Part shown: piece after piece, positions 55,364 through 63,177 of the stretch | How positions within the stretch are numbered: position 1 is the first letter of the stretch | Layout: every line of letters starts with the position of its first letter | From: Acidimicrobiia bacterium | GTDB lineage: Bacteria; Actinomycetota; Acidimicrobiia; Spongiisociales; UBA5794 | DNA length: 64,000 bases | Reading direction: 5' to 3' | Assembly (NCBI GenBank): GCA_041581135.1 | Contig: JBFGCM010000003.1 | Location: 9,479 to 73,478, forward strand | Translations under genes and position numbers: made by a program | The notes under the pieces: generated by a model | The model's database searches: none | What the model was told of the DNA's origin: nothing | What the model saw: the letters and a program-made list of their open reading frames with translations, nothing else

Positions 55364-56548
55364 GTGGCTGCAACCGACGTCCCCCATCCCATCGACTTCC
55401 TTGGGGTCGATGCCCTGCTGACGCCCGAAGAGCGCCTCGTGCGCGACACGGCTCGCCAGTTCGTGAAAGACCGCGTGCTGCCCGGCATCGCCGATTGGTA
55501 CGAGGCCGGCACGGTTCCCACGGAGCTGGCCAAGGAGCTGGGCGACCTCGGCATGCTCGGCATGCATCTCACCGGCTACGGGTGTGCCGGGACCAACTCG
55601 GTCAGCTACGGCCTCGCCGCCATGGAGTTGGAGGCCGGCGACAGCGGCATTCGAAGCCTCATGTCCGTCCAAGGCTCACTCGCCATGTTCCCCATCTGGA
55701 AGTACGGCTCCGACGAGCAGAAGGAGCACTGGCTGCCACAGATGGCCGCCGGCGACTTGATCGGATGCTTCGGCCTCACCGAGTCGGACTCGGGATCCGA
55801 TCCCGGCTCCATGCGCACCAACGCCAAGCGCGACGGCGACGACTGGCTGCTCAACGGTTCCAAGATGTGGATCACCAACGGCAGCATCGCCGACGTCGCC
55901 ATCGTCTGGGCACAGACCGACGAGGGGGTGCGTGGCTTCATCGTTCCCACGGACACACCGGGATTCACCACGCAGGACATCCACAAGAAGCTGTCCTTGC
56001 GGGCCTCCGTGACGTCGGAGCTGATCTTCGACGGCGTGCGCCTCGCCGCCGACGCGGTGCTGCCCGGCGTCGTCGGCATGAAGGGACCGCTGTCGACCCT
56101 CAATGAGGCCAGGTTCGGGATCCTGTTCGGCGTGCTCGGCGCGGCCCGCACGTGTTACGAGACCGCACTGAGCTACTCCAAGGAGCGACACCAATTCGGA
56201 ATGCCGATCGCCGCCTTCCAGCTCAGCCAGCGCAAGCTCGTCGACATGATGGTGGCCCTCAACAAGGGCTATCTCACGGCGGTGCATCTGGGTCGGCTCA
56301 AGGACGAGGGCAAGCTGCACCACACCCAGGTGAGCTTCGGCAAGCTGGACAACGTACGGGTGGCGTTGGAGATCGCCCGCACCGCGCGTTCCATGCTCGG
56401 CGCCAACGGCATCACCCTGGAGTACCCGGTCATGCGGCACATGGCCAACCTGGAGACCGTCTACACCTATGAGGGCACCAACGAGATTCACACGCTGATC
56501 CTGGGTCATGCGCTGACGGGATTGAACGCCTTCGGGGCTGCTGGGTAG
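55364..56548 (+). CDS. gcdH: glutaryl-CoA dehydrogenase (acyl-CoA dehydrogenase family)
   Basis: RBS GAGGAG. The N-terminus DFLGVDALLTPEERLVRDTARQFV and the C-terminal YTYEGTNEIHTLILGHALTG are characteristic of GCDH-type ACADs. Confidence 0.85.
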   Translation: MAATDVPHPIDFLGVDALLTPEERLVRDTARQFVKDRVLPGIADWYEAGTVPTELAKELGDLGMLGMHLTGYGCAGTNSVSYGLAAMELEAGDSGIRSLMSVQGSLAMFPIWKYGSDEQKEHWLPQMAAGDLIGCFGLTESDSGSDPGSMRTNAKRDGDDWLLNGSKMWITNGSIADVAIVWAQTDEGVRGFIVPTDTPGFTTQDIHKKLSLRASVTSELIFDGVRLAADAVLPGVVGMKGPLSTLNEARFGILFGVLGAARTCYETALSYSKERHQFGMPIAAFQLSQRKLVDMMVALNKGYLTAVHLGRLKDEGKLHHTQVSFGKLDNVRVALEIARTARSMLGANGITLEYPVMRHMANLETVYTYEGTNEIHTLILGHALTGLNAFGAAG

Positions 56549-56646
56549 GACGCGGTCCGGCGCATCCTGCGTCGCGTGGCCGGCGCGCCCCTGCGATCAG
56601 GTCAGCAGCTGTGCGGCTGACGGGTGCGGGCGCCGCGCTGCCGGCG

Positions 56647-56708
56647 TGCCTCGACGACGTCCGAAGTCCGAGACCGTTGCATTCGGAGAGGCGCTCGAAC
56701 CGGGGTCG
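56647..56708 (+). repeat. hairpin repeat element, copy A (right arm degenerate)
   Basis: It matches copy B at 50 of 62 positions with identical spacing: TGCCTCGACGACGTCCGAAGTCCGA, variable centre, GCGCTCGAACCGGGGTCG. Confidence 0.8.
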
Positions 56709-56761
56709 TGTGCGGGCGGTGGCGCCGGCGCGTACTTGCCTCGTTCCTGTCGGGATGTCCC

Positions 56762-57166
56762 TCAGGATGCGGTGAAGCGGTCGGGGAGGGGTGCACCTCC
56801 GGTCATGAAGCAGAGACAGAAGGGATGGCCGGCCGGGTCGGCATAGACCTGGAAGTCGTCACCCTGGGTTGCGTCAGCAGCCGGCTGCAGCACCCGCGCA
56901 CCCAGCGCCATCACCCGCTCGTGTGCTGTAGGGAAGTCCTCGACCCACAGATCGAGGTGCACCTGTTGGGGTGGTGAACCGTCGGGCCAGTCCGGCGGCA
57001 CATGGTCGGGTGCGTGCTGGACGCCAACTCGGGGCTCGCCGTCGACGATGACCATGTGCCAACCATCGTCCCGATCGACCTCGCCACCGAGTACGCCAGC
57101 CCAGAACGCGCTCTCCTCCTCGAGATCTGCGGCGTCGAAGGTCACGACCTGGAATCTGAGCCTCAT
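56762..57166 (-). CDS. VOC (glyoxalase/bleomycin-resistance/dioxygenase) family protein
   Basis: 134 aa with the typical small VOC layout (FWAGVLGGEV..., PPQQVHLDLWVED..., ADPAGHPFCL). Confidence 0.8.
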   Translation of the reverse strand: MRLRFQVVTFDAADLEEESAFWAGVLGGEVDRDDGWHMVIVDGEPRVGVQHAPDHVPPDWPDGSPPQQVHLDLWVEDFPTAHERVMALGARVLQPAADATQGDDFQVYADPAGHPFCLCFMTGGAPLPDRFTAS

Positions 57167-57421
57167 GGGGCGGCGCTACACGGAGGCCGAGCAAGGGCGA
57201 GGCTCGACGGACACGGAACATCGCGCGGTGTCAGGCTTGTGCTCTCGGCGGCCCAGAGTGGGCCGCCCAAGTGGCAGTGGGACGGTGACGCGGGTGAGTC
57301 GCGTCGCCGCCGCCGCATGGGATGCGGCTGCGACGCTCGCCTGCGCGTTGCCGGGTTGTGATCAGTGGATTGACTTTGGGCTGGTCGTGGGGTCGTGTCG
57401 GTACGAACCGTCGCCAACGGG

Positions 57422-58516
57422 TCAGCCGTTCGGGGGTGATTTGTTGGGTGGGATGAACCGTCGCCGGCCGGGTGGCGACTCCGGATCGATGGTGTAGTGG
57501 CGTTTATGGACCACTACGTGGTGGTGGAACCAACAGAGCAGCGTGAGGTTGGAGGGGTCGTGGCTGCCGCCGTGGGATCGGGGGAGGATGTGGTGGGGCT
57601 CCAGGCGATAGGTGGAAGTGCAGCCGTCGGCGGTGCAGCCTCCGTCGCGGTGACGTACGTAGGCGCGGATCCTTGCCGGGATGGTGGGTCCGGTGGTGGG
57701 AACGGCGGTCAGTCCGTGCCTGTCGACGATGGTCACAGAAGTGGTGCCGACACAGAGGATCTCCTCCAACATCCCGACACCCAACTGCAATCCCGACTCG
57801 GTCAACGCACCGGCTTCGCCGTGGGTCCGTGCGGCCAACTCGGCGTCGACGAACACCTGCGCCTGGGGTCGCCGCGGGTTGCCCGCGGTGCGGTCGTCCA
57901 GCGCCAGCGACACCAACGCGTCGACCCGGCGTTGCGCCACCTGCGGCCGATCCGGGTCGGAGCGGTCACACAGCTCATCGGCTCTTGCGTCCAACGCCGC
58001 CACCAGCATGTCGGCGTCCGTGCCCGACAGGCGCAACGTGCCCGACATCACGGTGCGGTCCAAGTTCGGCTGCAACACCAGCCGCCGCGACTCGAACGCC
58101 GCCGCCTCATCCATTGGGGTCAGGCGTCGTTGCCGGGCCACCAGCCGGGACACGTGATGCACCGCCACCCCCGCCGATCGCGCCACCGTCACCTCGTCGG
58201 CACCGGCATTCACAAGGCGTTGGGTGGCGGCGGCCCGATCGAACGACACGGTGCCGTCTTCCAACGACTCCTGAACGTGACCGGCGTCGGAGCGGGCCAG
58301 TACCGCCAGCTGACCGGCGGTCGACGGCGCCACGTCCAGGCGGCCGGCGATCCACTCCTTCAGCGTGGCGCACCCATCCCGGGTCGGGACCTGGCGGGCA
58401 TCGGCGTCCCGGAGTAGCTCTACCTGGCGGGCACGCAGCCGGCCGACCAGATACTCGACCTCGATGAGCTCCTGCTCCAACGCATCGTCGGTGATCGACT
58501 TAGTTACATCCAACAT
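57422..58516 (-). CDS. DUF222 + HNH endonuclease protein (actinobacterial 13E12-repeat-like family)
   Basis: The N-terminal DUF222-like region has RARQVELL. The C-terminal HNH motif is DGGCTADGC...LEPHHILPRSHGGSHDPSNLTLLCWFHHHVVH. Confidence 0.88.
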   Translation of the reverse strand: MLDVTKSITDDALEQELIEVEYLVGRLRARQVELLRDADARQVPTRDGCATLKEWIAGRLDVAPSTAGQLAVLARSDAGHVQESLEDGTVSFDRAAATQRLVNAGADEVTVARSAGVAVHHVSRLVARQRRLTPMDEAAAFESRRLVLQPNLDRTVMSGTLRLSGTDADMLVAALDARADELCDRSDPDRPQVAQRRVDALVSLALDDRTAGNPRRPQAQVFVDAELAARTHGEAGALTESGLQLGVGMLEEILCVGTTSVTIVDRHGLTAVPTTGPTIPARIRAYVRHRDGGCTADGCTSTYRLEPHHILPRSHGGSHDPSNLTLLCWFHHHVVVHKRHYTIDPESPPGRRRFIPPNKSPPNG

Positions 58517-58588
58517 GGATCACATCATGCCAACTACCTGTGACAAGTAATGGCCGAAGCCGGATCGGAAACCCGCGGTCGGTCGGCA

Positions 58589-58659
58589 TGCCTCGACGAC
58601 GTCCGAAGTCCGACACCACGAAACCGGTACAAGCGCTCGAACCGGGGTCGGACTTCGGA
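58589..58659 (+). repeat. hairpin repeat element, copy B (intact 13-bp stem)
   Basis: TCCGAAGTCCGAC (58602-58614) and GTCGGACTTCGGA (58647-58659) are perfect inverted repeats around a 32-nt loop containing GCGCTCGAACC. The left flank TGCCTCGACGACG is shared with copy A. Confidence 0.85.
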
Positions 58660-58759
58660 AATCGGAATCGGCGGGGTTGGAGCGGGCAGGCGAAGTTGGC
58701 GACCAGCCGACCGCCCCGACCCCGAGCATGCGGGAAAGTGCCGGCGGTGGCCGGCGAAC

Positions 58760-59614
58760 CTAAGACAGGCCCCGTACGAAAGCGCGCCGCCACTCCTCGG
58801 TGGTGTCGACCTGGTTGAAGGTGTACACGTGGAACGCCTCGATGTCGATCTCGTCGTCGAGGAGGGCGGGGCCGAGGCGCTCGATCAGCACGTCGGGGGA
58901 ATAGCCGCCGGGCTTCACCAGTTTGCCCACCAGGCTGGTGTTCTTGGAGAGGAACCGCATCGAGGCACCGATGCCGATGCGAGTGGAGATCGTGATCAGC
59001 TTGTGGAGGGGTGCCACGCCGGGCAGCCCGATGTGGACCGGCAGGGTGATGCCTTCCGCCCGCATTGCCCGGATCCAGGAGACGATCACGTCGGGGTCGA
59101 AGCACATCTGGGTGGCCATGTAGCCGGCGTAGCGCTGCTTGTCCTTGAGCGCCTGGAGCAAGGCGTCGTCGGGGATCACCGCATGTCCTTCGGGGTATGA
59201 CGGGATGCCGATCTCGGTGAGGCCATGTCCGATGGACTCCATCGCCTCGAGCAGCGACAGGCCGTCGAAGAACTCGCCGGGGTCGTCGGCGTCGCCGCCC
59301 ACCACGAATGCCTTGGTGATGCCGGCCTGGTCGAGCAGGCCGAGAATGCGTGCCAGGTCCTCCTTGTCCTTCACCATGCGGGCCGAGAGGTGAGGAATGA
59401 CGTCGTAGCCCTTCTCAGCAAACTCCATCGCCAGGCTGACGGTGGCGTCGAGCCCCTTGGCCGGTGAGGCGGTGACGGTGACGGTGACGTCCGGCGGCAG
59501 ATACTGCGCCTGCTCGTAGACGTTCTTGAGCGGTATCACCTCGTACTTGGGGCGCATGAGGATGTCCGTGACGGCAGCCGCCACCTCCGCAGGCAGTTGC
59601 TCTCGTTTCGCCAT
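58760..59614 (-). CDS. metF: methylenetetrahydrofolate reductase family protein
   Basis: Start at the internal ATG (MAKREQLPAEV). MTHFR-like TIM-barrel pattern (YEVIPLK..., TVTASPAKG, IPHLSARM, FVVGGD, IPSYPEGH). Confidence 0.75.
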   Translation of the reverse strand: MAKREQLPAEVAAAVTDILMRPKYEVIPLKNVYEQAQYLPPDVTVTVTASPAKGLDATVSLAMEFAEKGYDVIPHLSARMVKDKEDLARILGLLDQAGITKAFVVGGDADDPGEFFDGLSLLEAMESIGHGLTEIGIPSYPEGHAVIPDDALLQALKDKQRYAGYMATQMCFDPDVIVSWIRAMRAEGITLPVHIGLPGVAPLHKLITISTRIGIGASMRFLSKNTSLVGKLVKPGGYSPDVLIERLGPALLDDEIDIEAFHVYTFNQVDTTEEWRRAFVRGLS

Positions 59615-59622
59615 GTCGCTCC

Positions 59623-61161
59623 TCACACGTTCGAGTCGGGGAAAGATGTCTTGCGCCGCTCGATGTACTCGCGCAGCTCTACGTCCTTGGCCTCGTCGAG
59701 TGGTGGTGGCTCGTACTCGGCCAGCAGGGTCTTGCACCGTTCACTCGCCCTGGCGATCGAGTCCCTGGCGCCTTCGTCTTCCCACTGTTCGAAGCTGTTG
59801 TTGTCGGCCATCCCCGAGCGCCAGAAGGCTGTCTCGAAGTTCGCGATCGTGTGTTCGTTGCCGAGGAAGTGCTGACCCGGCCCGCTCTCCAAGATCGCAG
59901 TCAAGGCCTGGCCGTTCTCGGAGATGTCCACCCCTGCCACCAGCTTGGCCGCCATGGAGGCCTGGTCGGCGTCGAGGATGAACTTCTCGTAGCCCATGGT
60001 GAGCCCGCCTTCCAGCCAGCCGGCGGTGTGCAGCACGAAGTTCACGCCGGCGTGGAGCGTGGGCATGAAGGTGGCCATGCTCTCGTAGGCGGCCTGGGCG
60101 TCGGGCACCTTGGATGCCGTCAGGTTGCCGCCACTGCGGAACGGCACACCGATGCGGCGTGCGAGTTGGGCGACGGTGTAGAGCATGAGCGCCGGCTCCG
60201 GGGTTCCGAAGGTCGGGGCACCGCTCTGCATGGACATCGACGAGGCGAACGATCCGAAGATGACGGGTGCACCCGGGCGTACCAGCTGGGTGAAAGCCAT
60301 GCCCGCCAGCGCTTCGGCGAGGGTCTGGGTGGCGGCGCCGGCCACGGTGACCGGGGCCATGGCGCCGGCCAAGATGAATGGGGTCACCAGCACGGCCTGG
60401 TTGGCCTCGGCGTATGCCTTGGCCGAGCCGAGCATGGCGAAGTCCCACGACAGCGGTGAGTTGGCGTTGGCCAGGCCCAGGATGACGGTGTGTTCCTCCA
60501 TGAACTCGGCCCCGAAGAGGATGCGCGCCATCTCGACGCTGTCCCGTGCCCGGTCCGGGTGGGTGACCGAGCCCATGAACGGCTTGTCGGAGTACTTCAT
60601 GTGGGCGTAGACCATGTCGAAGTGCCGCTTGTTCACCGGCAGGTCCACGGGCTCGCACACGGTGCCGCCGGAGTGATGCAGTCCCGGCGACAGGTAGGCC
60701 AGCTTCACGAAGTTCTCGAAGTCGGTCATCGTGGCGTACCGGCGGCCTCCGTCCAGGTCGCGCACGAAGGGCGAGCCGTAGGCAGGCACCAGCACCGTGT
60801 GCGGGTCGCCGATGGTGACGCTCTTGTCAGGGTTGCGGGCGTGCTGCACCCACGTCGCCGGAGCCGACGCCTGAACGATCTGACGGCACATGCCGCGGGG
60901 GAACCGCACCCGGGTCCCATCCACGTCGGCGCCGGCGGCGGCGAAGATCGAGAGGGCTTCGTCGTAGCCGACGATCTCCATGCCGACTTCTTCGAGGATG
61001 GTGTCGGCGTTGTGCTCCAGGATCTCCAGGCCCTCGTCGCTGAGCACCTCGTACGGGGCAAGCCGTCGAGTGAGAAAGCTCTCTCGGTCCATCACGGCCC
61101 CAGCCCGGGCCGCTTGGCGCGCCGCACGGCCTCCGGATCTGCGCCGACGGGTATCGCTCAT
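59623..61161 (-). CDS. MttB-superfamily (trimethylamine methyltransferase family, non-pyrrolysine) methyltransferase
   Basis: The ATG overlaps the upstream stop (ATGA, 61158-61161). 512 aa collinear with the MttB family (LSDEGLEILEHNADTILEEVG..., FGTPEPAL...). There is no in-frame TAG. Confidence 0.85.
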   Translation of the reverse strand: MSDTRRRRSGGRAARQAARAGAVMDRESFLTRRLAPYEVLSDEGLEILEHNADTILEEVGMEIVGYDEALSIFAAAGADVDGTRVRFPRGMCRQIVQASAPATWVQHARNPDKSVTIGDPHTVLVPAYGSPFVRDLDGGRRYATMTDFENFVKLAYLSPGLHHSGGTVCEPVDLPVNKRHFDMVYAHMKYSDKPFMGSVTHPDRARDSVEMARILFGAEFMEEHTVILGLANANSPLSWDFAMLGSAKAYAEANQAVLVTPFILAGAMAPVTVAGAATQTLAEALAGMAFTQLVRPGAPVIFGSFASSMSMQSGAPTFGTPEPALMLYTVAQLARRIGVPFRSGGNLTASKVPDAQAAYESMATFMPTLHAGVNFVLHTAGWLEGGLTMGYEKFILDADQASMAAKLVAGVDISENGQALTAILESGPGQHFLGNEHTIANFETAFWRSGMADNNSFEQWEDEGARDSIARASERCKTLLAEYEPPPLDEAKDVELREYIERRKTSFPDSNV

Positions 61162-63176
61162 TCCGGGCCCTCCTGGTTGTGGTCGGGGCGGCGACGTCGC
61201 CGGCGCCGTTCGGGTGTGGCTGGTTCGGTGCGAGCCGGCAGCGTGACGACACGGGCCAGCTCGGGGTAGTCGGCGGTGGCGTGCGGCAGGGCCATGGCGT
61301 CCACGAAGTGTTCCTGGAACCGGGGTTCCACGGCGGTCTCGATCTTCTCCACCTTGCGTACGAGTCCCTCGACCTCGGCACGGGATGCGCCGCTGAGCAG
61401 CGCCAGCACGGCCCCGACACCGGCGGCGTTCCCGGCCGCCGAAACCCGCTCCAGGTCGCAGTCGGGTATCAGGCCGAGCACCATCGCGTAGGTGGTGTCG
61501 ATGTGGCTGCCGAAGGCGCCGGCGAGGCGGATCTGGTCCACCCGGTCGACGCCGAGGTGGTCCATCAGCAGCTTGGCGCCGGCATACAGGGCGGCCTTGG
61601 CCAGCTGAATGGCGCGCACGTCGTTCTGGGTCACCAGGAGCCGGGGCGCGGCGTCGCGCAGCACGTAGGAGGCGGTCCGTCCATCGGCGATGACCCGGGG
61701 GTTGCGGTCGGCGGCGGCCGGGTCGATGGTGCCGTCGGATCGAATCACGCCGGCCAGGAACAGCTCGGCGATCACTTCGATGATGCCCGAGCCGCACACG
61801 CCGATGATGTCGATCTTCTCGGCGGCGAACTCGGGATCGTCGGACCACAGGTCGGAGCCGATCACCTGGTAGCGGGGCTCGAGCGTGTCTGCGTCGATGC
61901 GGACGCGCTCGATGGCACCCACCGCAGCGCGGGTCCCCGAGCTGATCTGAGCTCCCTCGAAGGCCGGTCCCGTGGGGCTCGAGGCGGCGAGCAGGCGATC
62001 GCGATTGCCGAGAACGATCTCGGCGTTGGTGCCCACGTCGACGAGCAGCTGGGTCTCGGCCGATCGGTGGGGAGCCTCTGACAGCATGGCTCCTGCCGTG
62101 TCAGCGCCCACGTGACCGGCGATGCAGGGCAGCACATACACACGTGCGCCCGGGTGGCAGGCCAGCCCCAGCTCGCGCGCCGGCAGACGCACGGCGGCGT
62201 CGGTGGCCAGCGCGAACGGTGCGCCGCCCAGCTCGGTGGGGTCCAGGCCCAGGAACAGGTGGTGCATGATCGGATTGCCGACGAACGTCAGTTCCAGGAC
62301 GTCGCGACGATCGATTCCCGCCTCGGCGGCCAGCTCGCCGATGAGTCCGTCGAGGGCGTCCCGGACCGCAGCGGTGAGCTCGGCGTCGCCGCCGGGGTTC
62401 ATCATCACGTAGGAGACGCGGCTCATCAGGTCCTCGCCGAAGCGAATCTGGGGGTTCATCACCCCCGCCGACGCCCGGACTTCGCCGGTGAAGAGGTCGC
62501 ACAAGTGTCCGGCGATGGTGGTGGAGCCGATGTCGACGGCGATGCCGAACGCGGTGTCGCGGAACCCGGGCCAGACCGCCGTGATCGTGGCGCCGTCGTG
62601 GACCGCGACGGTCACGGTCCACTGTCCCCGGCGCAGTGCCGGCTGTACCTCGCGGAGCACCGTGGAGTCGATGGTGAGGCCCGTCAGCTCCCACTGATCG
62701 TGCAGCGCCGCCAGGAGCCGCTGGGCGTCTCCGGTGGGGTCGTGCATGTCGGGCTCGGCGACCTCCACGTAGTACAGCCGCACCACAGGGTCCACGTCGA
62801 TCGCATGAACCTCGGCTCGCTTCCGCACCACCTGGCGGTGGACCTGGCTCTCGGCGGGCACGTCGATGACGACGTCACCGAGGACCGCGGCAGCGCATCC
62901 GAGGCGGCGGCCATCTCCCAGACCGCGTTTGCCCCGGTAGGTCTCCTCAGTCTCCGTCCAGGCGCCGAGGTGGTCGGGGGTGGAGCTGATGCCGTGCTTG
63001 GCGAACTCTCCGATGCTCTGGGTGACCTGGCACCGGCCGCAGATTCCCCTTCCGCCGCACACCGAGTCGAGGTCGACGGCGAGGGTGCGAGCCGCCTCCA
63101 GCACGGTGCTTCCGGCCGCCATCCGGCCGCGCCGACCCGAGGGGGTGAAGACGACGAGGGGGTCCTCGGCGGTCAT
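61158..63176 (-). CDS. corrinoid reductive activase (RACo-like: N-terminal 2Fe-2S ferredoxin + ASKHA/DUF4445 ATPase)
   Basis: Plant-type ferredoxin motif CGGRGICGRCQV and later GRCQVTQ...C. The long ASKHA-like body has DIGSTTIAGHL and VDVGTNAEIVLG. Confidence 0.85.
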   Translation of the reverse strand: MTAEDPLVVFTPSGRRGRMAAGSTVLEAARTLAVDLDSVCGGRGICGRCQVTQSIGEFAKHGISSTPDHLGAWTETEETYRGKRGLGDGRRLGCAAAVLGDVVIDVPAESQVHRQVVRKRAEVHAIDVDPVVRLYYVEVAEPDMHDPTGDAQRLLAALHDQWELTGLTIDSTVLREVQPALRRGQWTVTVAVHDGATITAVWPGFRDTAFGIAVDIGSTTIAGHLCDLFTGEVRASAGVMNPQIRFGEDLMSRVSYVMMNPGGDAELTAAVRDALDGLIGELAAEAGIDRRDVLELTFVGNPIMHHLFLGLDPTELGGAPFALATDAAVRLPARELGLACHPGARVYVLPCIAGHVGADTAGAMLSEAPHRSAETQLLVDVGTNAEIVLGNRDRLLAASSPTGPAFEGAQISSGTRAAVGAIERVRIDADTLEPRYQVIGSDLWSDDPEFAAEKIDIIGVCGSGIIEVIAELFLAGVIRSDGTIDPAAADRNPRVIADGRTASYVLRDAAPRLLVTQNDVRAIQLAKAALYAGAKLLMDHLGVDRVDQIRLAGAFGSHIDTTYAMVLGLIPDCDLERVSAAGNAAGVGAVLALLSGASRAEVEGLVRKVEKIETAVEPRFQEHFVDAMALPHATADYPELARVVTLPARTEPATPERRRRRRRPDHNQEGPE

Positions 63177-63177
63177 G

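Noticed and set aside
56646-56846. Possible conserved small peptide (MPRRRPKS[ED]T...ALEPGS) encoded by repeat copies A and B (also 58588 onward)
   Set aside because: The similarity is confined to the nucleotide repeat core. The two ORFs diverge completely outside it. Copy A starts with GTG, and its ORF runs antisense into the VOC gene. Copy C is in the opposite orientation and has no equivalent ORF. Substitutions in the variable centre are not biased to synonymous sites. The repeat is best treated as a DNA/RNA element.
57190-57215. Possible fourth, degenerate copy of the hairpin repeat (GGCTCGACGGACACGGAAC)
   Set aside because: Only the CTCGACG core and a loose GGAA match. There is no GCGCT box or complementary arm at the expected spacing, which is too weak to call.
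57167-58759. Prophage, IS element or integrative element
   Set aside because: No integrase, transposase, terminal inverted repeats of IS type or phage structural genes are visible. Only the DUF222-HNH gene and the flanking short repeats hint at mobility, and these are reported as a low-to-moderate-confidence finding instead.
59623-61161. Pyrrolysine (in-frame TAG) in the MttB homologue
   Set aside because: The frame is continuous with no internal TAG, and no pyl genes are present. It is a non-Pyl MttB-superfamily member.
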